Below, one piece after another: positions 52,600 to 62,693 of a stretch of DNA of 64,000 nucleotides. The DNA comes from Candidatus Multivoradales bacterium (GTDB taxonomy: Bacteria > Acidobacteriota > Thermoanaerobaculia > Multivoradales > J023). The notes under the pieces were generated by a model. The model made no database searches. It was not told where the DNA came from and saw nothing but the letters and a program-made list of their open reading frames with translations. Every line of letters starts with the position of its first letter. Positions within the stretch are counted from its first letter, which is position 1. Location of the stretch: positions 1,696,001-1,760,000 of the forward strand of contig CBDFLE010000005.1 in the NCBI GenBank assembly GCA_965248925.1, written 5' to 3'. The translations under genes were made by a program, and so were the position numbers.

Positions 52600-53202
52600 C
52601 ATCGTCGCCTTGCGGTCGACACCGGCGCCAAGCTGCCCGACTGGGGCTTTGCCAGCTGGCCGTGGGTCACCGACGGCCTAGTGGTGGTCTACAGCGGTGC
52701 TGAGGGCCGCAAGGCGGCGGTGGCCTACGACGTCGAGGACGGCGAGCCGAGCTGGTTTGCGCCGGGCCGGGGCGCTGACCGCCGATGGCGGCGTGCTGGT
52801 GGGCACCGGCTTCGGCCAAGGGCTGCGGCTGGTCGCGGTCGAGGGCGGCCCGGCGGGATGGCAGACCGAGGAGGTCTGGACCTCGAAGGGCTTGAAGCCC
52901 TATTACAACGATCTCGTCGTCCACCAAGACCACAGCTACGGCTTCGACGGTCGAATCCTGGTCAGTCTCGAGGTGGCTACCGGCGAGCGGACCTGGAAGG
53001 GCGGCCGCTACGGCAACGGTCAGCTGCTGCTGTTGCCCGATCAGAATCTACTGCTGGTGCTGTCCGATCGCGGCAAGGTGGCGCTGGTCGAGGCGCTGCC
53101 GGGGCCTTCTCCGAGGTCGCCGAGATCGAGGCGATCGAGGGCAAGACCTGGAATCACCCGGTGATCGTCGAGGGCGTGCTCTACGTGCGCAACGGCGAGG
53201 AG
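52600..53202 (+). pseudogene. Fragment of a PQQ-like beta-propeller protein
   Basis: WGFASWP, WKGGRYGNGQLL, KTWNHPVI...LYVRNGEEM; multiple frameshifts. Confidence 0.75.
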
Positions 53203-53460
53203 ATGGCCTTTGATCGCCTGCTGCCGCTGGTCTATGACGAGCTGCGCCGGGCAGCCCGGCAGCAGCTGCGTCGCTGGCGGCCGAGCCAGACCCTCGACAC
53301 CACCGCCTTGGCTCACGAGGCCTATCTGCGCCTGTCTGACCGGCCGGGGTCGGACTGGCGCGACCGCCAGCACTTCTTGGCCGTTTCGGCGGTCGCCATG
53401 CGTCACATCTTGGTCGACTATGCCCGCCGCCAGACCGCCAAGAAGCGCGGCGGCGACGAG
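53203..53460 (+). pseudogene. Internal fragment of an ECF sigma factor (TIGR02999-type)
   Basis: LLPLVYDELRR, TLDTTALAHEAYLRL, AMRHILVDYAR...KRGG; cut off at 53460. Confidence 0.8.
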
Positions 53461-53962
53461 TGTAGGGTCCCACGCGGTTTCGTGACCGCCATGGCTTCAG
53501 GTTCCAGATAGGGCCGAGTTCAGCTAGATTCGGGTTTGGCGCATCGCGGATGATCGGGGTGTGCAAAAGGGGAGGCCACCGCGGCTTCGATGGTTGGCGC
53601 CAGACGTGTCCCACGGCGACCTCCCAGAGGAGTCGTGATGCTATGTCTGGTCGGCGTCGGTAGCAAGGCGTACATCGCTGGGTGGTCTCGCGTCCTTCAG
53701 TGTCGGACGCAGCTATCGTGCCCGGACCCAGGTTGTGGGGGCTCTGGGTTGGTTTGAGATACGACCAGGATGATCGACATGGCGACAACTCTCAAATCCC
53801 GCGCGCCCTCCTGCTCACAGAATTGCTCAATCCGGTGCCTGTGCCCAGCCCTGCTTGGCGGCCTCCAGATCGTCTTGACCCCGTCGCCCACAGGTCTAGG
53901 GGCGACAGCGGCTGACCCCGGGTCAAGGGCGGCGGAGCCGGCGAAACGTACCCTTGAGGCGG

Positions 53963-54436
53963 TCAGACGATGGCGCCACACTGGGCCAGCGACGGGGCTT
54001 GCATGGACTGGTCTGACGAGTCCGACCAGACCATGACCTCCTCATTTCCCGGATGAACCACCTTTTGACTCTCCCAGTCCGACACCGACAGGAAGTGATG
54101 CAAAGCTTGGGAATCGGAATCGGGGACAACTTCAGCCATTTGCAGCATGGTAGCGCGTCGCGCCTGCATCAGGCCGCAAAGATACTGCCCCGCCTGCGGC
54201 AGCACACTCCGTGTAAAGCGAGAGAAACAAAGGGCAAAGCCCTAGGCAAAATCCCAGAATTCGCGCCCCAGATTTTGGTAGGAAACTGGGGCATCGCTGA
54301 TCTCCGAACGACTAGGGAACTGGGGGCTCAAGCTGAGCCATGAGTTCCTCCACGGGTTTAGTGACGGCCTTCATTGGGGTCGACAATACAGGTTAAAGCC
54401 TTTGTTGTCAACAATTTAAGTAATCTGACAAAGTAG
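53963..54436 (-). mobile_element. IS701-family transposase remnant with probable terminal repeat
   Basis: YLCGLM...MAEVVPDSDSQALHHFLSVSDW; IS701-like end CTGACAAAGTAG at 54425-54436. Confidence 0.7.
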
Positions 54437-54452
54437 AATTAAAAGCCATCGT

Positions 54453-55832
54453 TCAACTTGAGAAGGGCATCCCGAGCTGGCCGAGAATGCGCCCCCCAAA
54501 GCTAAAATATGGATGCATATGGCTTGGCGTCAACACTCGGGTACTGGAGAACTGAGTCCGCCAACTGTTTTGCGGCACTAAGACCGCCGCAACCTCCCCC
54601 TTCGACGAAGACCGCCAAACTTTCGTCCCTTCGACAAAAACCACATCCCTGAGTTCGAGCTGGTCGATGACCTTCGGGGAATGGGTGTTGATCACCACTT
54701 GCCGCAGTGGATTGCTGTCTTCGACAGCGAATTCCGGATCACATGCCATATCTCGTAGCAGCTCAACCATCGCCGCCACACGCTGCGGATGGATTCCGTT
54801 CTCGGGCTCTTCGAGACAAACGACTCCGCGCCCCTCCGGGTCGATCGCCAGAGTGGTCAGTACCAAGAATCTCAAGGTGCCATCAGACAGCGAACGCGCA
54901 GGATGGAACACATCGTCAGCACCCTTGACTTCTAGAGTCAACGTCTCGGATGGGTCGTCCAGCAAGACCCGCACCTCCTGAACGTCGTCGATCAACTCGC
55001 TCAGCCGATTCTCGATTCTGGAGTAGGTTTGACCGACCTTCGATTCTCGCTTTCGCAACCGTTCGATCGCAGCTGGCATATTGGCACCACGCGAATCGAC
55101 CTGGCGAGGATCTGAGAAGAACGACGGAGAACGCATGGCCGAGGGCTCGAGCAACAAAGTTTGCCACGACTCCATCTCCCGTTGCACCGCGAGCAGGGTC
55201 GGAAAGTCGCTAGAAGCGACCCCATTGAGGACCGTTCGAGACGATTTGGGAGCCGGCAGCAAACGCCCACCATGACCTTCCTGATGCACCCTGATCTGAT
55301 GGCTGCCAGCTTCTCTCAGGGTCGAGATCAGCGGCTTGGTGCGACGCCCGGTAACCGTTGAGTTCAAGAATTGCTTGCTCGCCTCAAAGCCGATCTTCTT
55401 TCGCGCCTCCTTCAGCGAGATCGGGGCGAGTTCCTCTGCCACCAACTCCAACCTCTCACGACGGCTGCTCTCATCGAGTCGAAAGGCCACCGAGTAGCGC
55501 AAGGTGGAGATCGAGGCCTCGACTTCGACTCCGAAATCGTCAACGGCTTTCCGATCGACGATCAGATCGGCGGTTAGGCGTATTAGCGGTGCCCTGAAAT
55601 CACCGAAGGCGGTAAACAACGAGCGGGGCTCTAGCGACCGGCCCCGCGATTCACGCAGCATTTGCACCGCTTCCATGATCGGAAATCGGGCCAGCAGGTG
55701 AAGCAGGCGGATGGCATCGAAGATATTCGACTTCCCCGCCCCATTCAACCCGGCGATACAAGTGAAGGGGCCGAGCCGGAGATCGACATCCAAGAGGTTC
55801 TTGAAGCCCTCTACTTGCAGCCGGGTCAGCAT
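54453..55832 (-). CDS. AAA_21 / RecF-like ABC-type ATPase
   Basis: VEGFKNL, GLNGAGKSN, LSDGTLRF, LEEPENGIHP, INTHSP. Confidence 0.9.
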   Translation of the reverse strand: MLTRLQVEGFKNLLDVDLRLGPFTCIAGLNGAGKSNIFDAIRLLHLLARFPIMEAVQMLRESRGRSLEPRSLFTAFGDFRAPLIRLTADLIVDRKAVDDFGVEVEASISTLRYSVAFRLDESSRRERLELVAEELAPISLKEARKKIGFEASKQFLNSTVTGRRTKPLISTLREAGSHQIRVHQEGHGGRLLPAPKSSRTVLNGVASSDFPTLLAVQREMESWQTLLLEPSAMRSPSFFSDPRQVDSRGANMPAAIERLRKRESKVGQTYSRIENRLSELIDDVQEVRVLLDDPSETLTLEVKGADDVFHPARSLSDGTLRFLVLTTLAIDPEGRGVVCLEEPENGIHPQRVAAMVELLRDMACDPEFAVEDSNPLRQVVINTHSPKVIDQLELRDVVFVEGTKVWRSSSKGEVAAVLVPQNSWRTQFSSTRVLTPSHMHPYFSFGGRILGQLGMPFSS

Positions 55833-55898
55833 TCGAGATCCTCGAATCGGTTGCGCCCGGCCAATGGACTTTCACCTGAAGTGGCGGCCATGGCCCCT

Positions 55899-56417
55899 CT
55901 ACTCGCCGTTGGCCGCGCCGGCGGCGCTTTCAACGCCATGCCTGACGACGTACTCCTCGACATAGAGCAAGTTTCCCTCGCCGGCACGCTTGACCACGCT
56001 GAGCAAGGTGGTCATGGTGCTGACCTCTTCGAGCTGCTCGTCGACGAACCAATCAAGGAAGCGCAAGGCGATGTGGTTGCGCTCCTGCTGGCATTTGTCC
56101 ACCAAATCGTAGATCTGCTGGGTGACTTCACGCTCCCAGGCCAGAGCAGCCTCCACGGCTTCGACGGCGGAGGAGAACTCACTCCGCGGCGCGGCGATCG
56201 CCGGCATCTGCGGGACGCCGCCAACCTCGAGGATGAAGTGGACGAACTTCATCGCATGCTGACGCTCTTCCTCGGACTGGCGAAAGAAAAACTGAGCGAG
56301 TTGATCGAGATCCTCGTCGGCGAAGTAGGAAGCGATCGAGATGTATTGGTTGGAAGCGCCCAACTCATTGCCTACCTGGGCGCTGAAGGCATCGATGATG
56401 GCTTGGCTGGCTAGCAC
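55899..56417 (-). CDS. ftnA: Non-heme ferritin
   Basis: QVGNE, QSEEERQHAMK, WERE, FLDWFVDEQLEE. Confidence 0.92.
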   Translation of the reverse strand: MLASQAIIDAFSAQVGNELGASNQYISIASYFADEDLDQLAQFFFRQSEEERQHAMKFVHFILEVGGVPQMPAIAAPRSEFSSAVEAVEAALAWEREVTQQIYDLVDKCQQERNHIALRFLDWFVDEQLEEVSTMTTLLSVVKRAGEGNLLYVEEYVVRHGVESAAGAANGE

Positions 56418-56481
56418 AGAAGGATCTCCGTCGATTGTGGGTTCGCTGCGCCGCGTAGTCTAGCCTACACTGGAGGTCTTC

Positions 56482-56508
56482 GTAGGGGCGCACGCCGTGC
56501 GCCCCTAC
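56482..56508. repeat. GTAG-type REP-like palindrome
   Basis: GTAGGGGCGCAC-GCC-GTGCGCCCCTAC, intergenic. Confidence 0.75.
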
Positions 56509-56534
56509 AAGCCGGCTACCACCGTTCGCAGTTT

Positions 56535-58667
56535 TCACTTCTCTGCCGTCCAGCGTGCCAGCCAGGCGAGCACGGTTTGGTGCCATTGGATGCTGTTGTT
56601 GGGCCTCAGCACCCAATGATTCTCGTCCGGATAGTACAGCAGCTGGCTGGGCACACCTCGGCGCTGCAAGGCGGTGAACGCCGCCAGGCCCTGGGTGTCG
56701 ACCACCCGGTAGTCCGCGCCGCCATGCACCACCAGCATGGGGGTCTGCCAGTTGCCGACATGGTTGGCCGGATTGTGGCGCTGGAAGGCCGCTGGCTGCT
56801 GCCACGGGGTGCCGCCGAATTCCCACTCGGGGAACCACAGCTCCTCGGTGCTGTAGTACATCGAGGGCAGGTCAAACAGGCCGTCGTGGTTGACCAGACA
56901 GCGAAAACGCTCGGGCCAATTGCCGGCGATCCAGTTGATCATGTAACCGCCGTAGGAAGCTCCCAGGGCGCAGACCCGCTCACCGTCGAGGAAGGGGTAG
57001 CGGGCGAGGGCCGCCGCCAGCCCTTTCTGCAAATCTTCGAAAGGCTTGCCTCCCCAATCACCGGCGATGGAGTCGGTGAACGCCTGGCCGTAACCCGTGG
57101 AACCGTGGAAATCGACCATCACCGAGGCAAAGCCGGCGCCGGCATATATTTGGGGGTTCCAGCGATAGTGAAAATCGTCGCCGAAGGAGCCTTGAGGACC
57201 GCCGTGGATCAGAAACGCCACCGGATATCGCTTCTTTGGGTCGAAGTTGGCTGGACGCACCACATAGGCATGCACTGTCTCATCGTTCCAGCCGGCGAAG
57301 GTAAACTGCTCGGGCTCCCCCATTGCTACCTGACCAAGACGTTGCCGATTGAAATCAGTCAAACGCTGGAGATCTCCGCCCGCGGCATCGGTGGTGAAAA
57401 GTTCCACCGGCGAACGCAGATGGTCGCGACCGAACACCAACCTCTCGCCGACCGCCGCTGGCGAACGCACCCGGCCACCGCCGATCAGCTTATTGACTTC
57501 GCCACTCTCCACATCGACTTCGTAAAGCGGCCGGCTGCCGAGGTCGACTACCACGGTGTAGATCTTGCGGCCATCGGCGGAGAAGGTGATTCCGCTGGGC
57601 GAACGGTCCCACTCTTCGGTCAGCACCCGCTCGTCACCACTGGCCCAATCGCGCAAGACAATGCGGAAGCGATCGGACTCATAACCCGGCCGGCGCATCG
57701 CTAGATAGGCCAAGGTGCGGCCATCGGGAGAAAACACCGGCCCCGTATCCCAGGCGGCATTGTCGCTCAAACGGCGCGGCGCGGCGGAACCATCGACCGG
57801 AGCGACGAAAAGGTCAAAATCAGTCGACCAGGGCTCACTAGCACCCGCCGTGCGGGCGGTGAAGACAATCTGCTGACCGTCCGGGGTGAAGGTGATCTCC
57901 TCTGCGCCACCGAAAGGCTGCGAAGGTACATCGGCGTCAAGAGCCGCACTGATATCGACCGGTTCCTCCACCCCCAGCCGCCAGGCGAAGAGGTGCGACC
58001 GGCTGCCGTCTTTCCAGGTATCCCAGTGGCGGACAAAGAGCCGTTCGTAGAGCTGGCCGCTGACCTTGCTTGCCTGGCGTGCCTCTGCTCGTCGCGCCAT
58101 GCAAGCCAGATCTGCGCACTCGGCCGCCATCGCCGCGGTGAAGGCCAGCTGCCCAGCCACTTCTGACACCACTAGATTTCCGATGTCGACCGGCAGATCA
58201 GTAACTTGCCGCGGCTTGCCACCGGCGATCTTCAAACTCCAGATCTGCGACGACTCTGAACGGGTCGACAAGAAATAGAGGCTCTGCCCGTCCGCCGCCC
58301 AGCGCGGGCTGTGGTCGTCTGCCGGATCTTCGGTCAGCCGCCGCGCAAGCGCCGAGCCATCACTGGCCACCAACCACAGATCGGTGCGTCCCTTGTCGGC
58401 CGCCAAGTCGGTCGCGCGTACGGTGAAGGCCACCCAGCGTCCATCCGGCGACGGCTGGGGATCGGATAGGCGATCAAACAGCACCAGATCGTCCACCGCG
58501 AAGGGGCGAGTCTCGGCCTGAGCGCCGCCACTCAACAGCAGCAACAGCAGAAGTTGAAGGGTGGCGGAAACCACCTTGGAGAAGTACACGGAAGCAGGGC
58601 GACAACTGATCAAAGCGAATCTCCTATGGCGGTTCAAGGCGCTCAAAGCCGGCTCAACCCAGCTCAA
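56535..58667 (-). CDS. S9 family peptidase (dipeptidyl peptidase V-like)
   Basis: PD40 propeller; IHGGPQG, GASYGG, DYRV, ENHW. The true start may be about 25 codons downstream. Confidence 0.93.
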   Translation of the reverse strand: MSWVEPALSALNRHRRFALISCRPASVYFSKVVSATLQLLLLLLLSGGAQAETRPFAVDDLVLFDRLSDPQPSPDGRWVAFTVRATDLAADKGRTDLWLVASDGSALARRLTEDPADDHSPRWAADGQSLYFLSTRSESSQIWSLKIAGGKPRQVTDLPVDIGNLVVSEVAGQLAFTAAMAAECADLACMARRAEARQASKVSGQLYERLFVRHWDTWKDGSRSHLFAWRLGVEEPVDISAALDADVPSQPFGGAEEITFTPDGQQIVFTARTAGASEPWSTDFDLFVAPVDGSAAPRRLSDNAAWDTGPVFSPDGRTLAYLAMRRPGYESDRFRIVLRDWASGDERVLTEEWDRSPSGITFSADGRKIYTVVVDLGSRPLYEVDVESGEVNKLIGGGRVRSPAAVGERLVFGRDHLRSPVELFTTDAAGGDLQRLTDFNRQRLGQVAMGEPEQFTFAGWNDETVHAYVVRPANFDPKKRYPVAFLIHGGPQGSFGDDFHYRWNPQIYAGAGFASVMVDFHGSTGYGQAFTDSIAGDWGGKPFEDLQKGLAAALARYPFLDGERVCALGASYGGYMINWIAGNWPERFRCLVNHDGLFDLPSMYYSTEELWFPEWEFGGTPWQQPAAFQRHNPANHVGNWQTPMLVVHGGADYRVVDTQGLAAFTALQRRGVPSQLLYYPDENHWVLRPNNSIQWHQTVLAWLARWTAEK

Positions 58668-59716
58668 CCTGGCATCAGTTCGGCGGCACGGTAACCCTGA
58701 AAATACAACAGCCCGGTCAAGTCGGCATGGTCGATGCGAAAGCGGGCGGCCGCGGCCACCGCCGGTTTGGCGCGGTAGGCGACCCCGAGTCCGGCAAGAC
58801 CGATCAGTTCGAGATCGTTGGCGCCGTCACCCACCGCGGCGGTCTCGGCCGGGCTGATGCCGAGCTCGCGGATCTGGGCTTCGAGGGCCCGTCGCTTGGC
58901 GTCGCGGTCAAGAATCGGCTCACTCACCCGACCGGTCAAACGCCCGTTCTCGATCTCGAGTTTATTGGCCCGCCAATGGGCCACCTTGAGCCGCGCCGCC
59001 ACCCGCTCTACGAACCAGTCGAAGCCACCGCTGACGATCACCACCCGCACCCCGTGGCCGCGTAAGGTAGCCACCAGCAACTCGGCACCAGGGTTGATTA
59101 CCAGCGTTTTCCAAGCCTGCTCGAGCAACGCTTCGGGCTGGCCCGCCAGCAGGGCAGTCCGCTGACGCAGGGCGGCGGCGAAATCGAGTTCGCCGTGCAT
59201 TGCCCGCGAAGTGATCTCTGCCACCTGCTGGCCAACCCCAACCAACTCACCGATTTCGTCCAACATCTCGTTGCCAATCAAGGTGGACTCCATGTCGGCC
59301 ACCAGCAGGCGCTTGCTGCGACCTTCGCTGCTCTGCACGGCGCAATCGACCGCTGCTCCGGCGAGCTGATCTTCGAGCAACTGCGCGGCCCGTACCGGCC
59401 GAAGACCCCGGAAGTACAGATCGCAAGCCACCCCTAGCGCCAACCAATCAACATGCTCCAGCGTGGCACCAGCTCCGCGCAGGGTTTCACTCACCTGGCG
59501 CACCAGCTCCCGGGGCAACTCACCGTCGGCGGCGGCCACCAGAGTCGCCACCCAACGATGCTCCAGCTTGGCCAGCCGATTCCAATCGATCGGCGGGGCC
59601 TCAGAAGCCGAAGGATGCGATACGCTTACCGACTCGGATGAGGCTCTCACCCCAGTGCTCTTGCGGGCTGTGTCCTTGGTTTTCATAAATCCTGTCTGGT
59701 TAGCACTCCTTGCCAT
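58664..59716 (-). CDS. serB: Phosphoserine phosphatase
   Basis: ADMESTL, ITSRAMHGELDF, VSGGF, VGDGANDL, AKP. Confidence 0.9.
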   Translation of the reverse strand: MARSANQTGFMKTKDTARKSTGVRASSESVSVSHPSASEAPPIDWNRLAKLEHRWVATLVAAADGELPRELVRQVSETLRGAGATLEHVDWLALGVACDLYFRGLRPVRAAQLLEDQLAGAAVDCAVQSSEGRSKRLLVADMESTLIGNEMLDEIGELVGVGQQVAEITSRAMHGELDFAAALRQRTALLAGQPEALLEQAWKTLVINPGAELLVATLRGHGVRVVIVSGGFDWFVERVAARLKVAHWRANKLEIENGRLTGRVSEPILDRDAKRRALEAQIRELGISPAETAAVGDGANDLELIGLAGLGVAYRAKPAVAAAARFRIDHADLTGLLYFQGYRAAELMPG

Positions 59717-59736
59717 GACCGACCCTGAAGCTTAAT

Positions 59737-61644
59737 TTGACCGACACAAAGAAAAAATCTCTCTTCCGCCTGTCAAGCGTCGCCCGCGAAGCTCGCGATC
59801 TAATTTGGGCGCGGCGCTGGCGGGTTCTCAGCGGTCTCGGTCTGATCCTGGTCAGCCGGGCTGCCGGTCTGATGCTGCCGGGCAGCACCAAGATTCTGGT
59901 CGACGACATCATCTTGCCAGCCGCCGGTGGCGCGACTTCGACCGGGCCGGTCACCCTCGCCGGGGGCCTGGTGAGCATCGAACGGGCCAATCTGCTGGCG
60001 GTGTTGTTGCTGGTGGTAGGTTGCGCGGTAGTGGTCCAGGCGATCACTTCGTTTGCCCTGACCCAGCTGCTCAGTATTGCCGCGCAACGGGCCATCACCG
60101 AGATGCGCAAATCCGTCCAACAGCACGTCATCCGTCTGCCGGTGGCGTTCTTCGACAGCGCCAAGTCCGGCGCGCTGATCTCGCGCATCATGACCGATCC
60201 CGAGGGCATCCGCAATCTGGTTGGCACCGGCCTGGTGCAGCTGGTCGGTGGGCTGATAACCGCCAGCGTGTCGATGACGGTGCTGTTTTATCTCAACGCA
60301 CAGATGACCTTCTTTATCCTCGGCATCTTGCTGGTGTTCGCGCTGGTCACCGGCTACGCCTTCAAGATGCTGCGCCCCATCTTCCGCCAGCGGGGCGCCT
60401 TGAACGCAGAAGTCAGCGGCCGCTTGGCGGAGACCCTGGGAGGGGTACGGATCGTCAAGTCTTACACCGCCGAAAAGCGAGAGGATCTGGTCTTTGCCCG
60501 CGGTGTACACAACCTCTACCGGAAAGTGGCCAAGACCCTCAGTGGTTTCGCCTTGGTCGGCAGCCTGGCGCAGATCCTGCTCGGCGCGATCAGCTTGATG
60601 ATGATGTACGGCGGCACCCGAGCTATCCAGCGCGGTGAGATGAGCTTCGGCGATCTGCTGATGTACATGGCCTTCACCGCCATGGTGGTGGCGCCGATGG
60701 TGCAAATTTCGTCGATCATCACGCAGCTAAGTGAAGCATTCGCCGGCCTCGATCGTATTCGCGAACTGCGCCAGAACTCCACCGAGGCCGACGACGATAG
60801 CGACAAAGTCAGGCTACAGTCGGTCCGCGGCGATATCGAGATGGACGATGTCACCTTCGAGTACAAACCCGATCTGCCGGTACTGAAACACATCTCGTTC
60901 AGCGCCTCAGCCGGCACCACCACCGCCCTGGTGGGTTCGAGCGGCTCGGGCAAGAGCACTTTGATCAGCCTGGTCATGGCCTTCAATCGGCCCAAATCGG
61001 GCCGCGTGCTGGTCGACAGCAAGGATCTGCGAGAGGTTCGCCTGGCGGACTACCGGTCGCATTTCGGCATCGTCATGCAGGACAACTTCTTGTTCGACGG
61101 CACGGTGGCCGACAACATCCGCTATGGCAACCCCAGCGCCAGCCGCGAGGAGATCGAAGACGCCGGAAGAGTCGCTCACTGTGGCGTCTTCGTAGCTGAT
61201 TTCCCGGAGGGCTACGACACCGTGGTCGGTGAGCGCGGGGTCAAGGTTTCCGGCGGTCAGCGGCAGCGAATCGCCATCGCACGGGCAATTCTGGCCAATC
61301 CGACGCTACTGATTCTCGACGAAGCCACCTCCAGCCTAGATAGTGAGTCCGAAGCACAGATCCAGGACGGCCTGGCCTCGCTGCGCCAAGGGCGTACCGC
61401 CTTCGTCATCGCCCACCGGCTGTCGACCATCCGCTCGGCCGATCAGATCCTGGTGCTGGAACATGGAGAGATCGTCGAACGCGGCACCCACGACGCGCTG
61501 CTCGCCCTCGGCGGCCGCTATCGCGAGTTGCATGACAAGCAGTATCGTCTAGAACAGAATCGCTTTATCAATCCGGGTGAGGACTTCTCTCCCGAGACCC
61601 AAGGCCCACGCTCCGACTTGCCCAAATCGAGCACCAAGTTCTAG
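59737..61644 (+). CDS. ABC exporter, fused permease/ATPase (MsbA-like)
   Basis: TMD plus GSSGSGKST, VSGGQRQR, ILDEATS, IAHRLST. Confidence 0.95.
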   Translation: MTDTKKKSLFRLSSVAREARDLIWARRWRVLSGLGLILVSRAAGLMLPGSTKILVDDIILPAAGGATSTGPVTLAGGLVSIERANLLAVLLLVVGCAVVVQAITSFALTQLLSIAAQRAITEMRKSVQQHVIRLPVAFFDSAKSGALISRIMTDPEGIRNLVGTGLVQLVGGLITASVSMTVLFYLNAQMTFFILGILLVFALVTGYAFKMLRPIFRQRGALNAEVSGRLAETLGGVRIVKSYTAEKREDLVFARGVHNLYRKVAKTLSGFALVGSLAQILLGAISLMMMYGGTRAIQRGEMSFGDLLMYMAFTAMVVAPMVQISSIITQLSEAFAGLDRIRELRQNSTEADDDSDKVRLQSVRGDIEMDDVTFEYKPDLPVLKHISFSASAGTTTALVGSSGSGKSTLISLVMAFNRPKSGRVLVDSKDLREVRLADYRSHFGIVMQDNFLFDGTVADNIRYGNPSASREEIEDAGRVAHCGVFVADFPEGYDTVVGERGVKVSGGQRQRIAIARAILANPTLLILDEATSSLDSESEAQIQDGLASLRQGRTAFVIAHRLSTIRSADQILVLEHGEIVERGTHDALLALGGRYRELHDKQYRLEQNRFINPGEDFSPETQGPRSDLPKSSTKF

Positions 61645-61663
61645 GCTCTGACTGCTGAATTCC

Positions 61664-62614
61664 ATGGACGTTCCCAGCTCCCCCCGCCTACCGTCTTGGC
61701 CTCCGGACGGCTCGCGGCCTTTGCCAGCCGCCGTGCCGACACTGCGCCACGACGATGGTAGCCTGCGCGGCCGCTGGCGTCGCCGGCCCCCCTGGCTGGT
61801 GCCGACAGTACTCTTTCTCGGCACTTGCTTCAGCACGATCTACGCCGGCCGGCTGCGCTACGGCTTAGCTGGAGCGCTGACCTACGCCATCTCTGTGATG
61901 GTGATCCTGACTTGCCACGAGATGGGCCACTGGCTACAAGCGCGGCGCTACCGGGTGCCGGCCAGCTTGCCCTATTTCATCCCCATGCCCTTCTCGCCCT
62001 TGGGCACCATGGGCGCGATCATCGCCATGCGGTCGCGCATCTCCAGCTCCAAGGCCCTGTTTGATATCGGTATCAGCGGCCCGCTAGCCGGGCTGGTGCC
62101 GACCTTGCTAATGACGGTGATTGGCTTACGCCTGTCGACGGTGGTCGATACGCCGCCTCAGGATCTGCAATTCTTCTTCGGCACGCCGCTGCTCTTCCGG
62201 CTGCTGATCGAGCATATGTTCGGCGCTCTCGAACCCGGCCAAGTGCTGCTTTTTCATCCCTTGGTGCGCGCCGGCTGGGTGGGCATGTTGATTACCGCCC
62301 TCAACTTGCTACCGATCGGCCAACTCGATGGTGGCCACATACTCTATGCGCTGCTGCGCGAGCGGGCGCAGAAGGTCAGCTTGGCCTTGTTGATCGCCGC
62401 CGTCCTGGCGGTGGTGGTGGGCGGTTACTACATGTGGTTGCTGATGCTGATCATCCTGATCATGATGGGCTACCGCCATCCGCCGACCAACGATCCCGAA
62501 GTGCCCCTGGGCTGGGGCCGGGTGGTCCTGGGCTGGCTGACCTTGGCCTTCTTGGTGCTCGGCTTCACCCCGCAACCCATCGTCTTCGCGCCCCCTGGCA
62601 CTTTCAGTCCCTGA
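61664..62614 (+). CDS. Site-2 protease (M50 family)
   Basis: HEMGH, GPLAG, NLLPIGQLDGGH. Confidence 0.93.
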   Translation: MDVPSSPRLPSWPPDGSRPLPAAVPTLRHDDGSLRGRWRRRPPWLVPTVLFLGTCFSTIYAGRLRYGLAGALTYAISVMVILTCHEMGHWLQARRYRVPASLPYFIPMPFSPLGTMGAIIAMRSRISSSKALFDIGISGPLAGLVPTLLMTVIGLRLSTVVDTPPQDLQFFFGTPLLFRLLIEHMFGALEPGQVLLFHPLVRAGWVGMLITALNLLPIGQLDGGHILYALLRERAQKVSLALLIAAVLAVVVGGYYMWLLMLIILIMMGYRHPPTNDPEVPLGWGRVVLGWLTLAFLVLGFTPQPIVFAPPGTFSP

Positions 62615-62693
62615 TTCACTGCCCTCGACCAGCTAACGCAGCCACTCGCAAGATCACCTCGACCAGCCTCCGCAATCGGCCCCAGGAGCCAGG

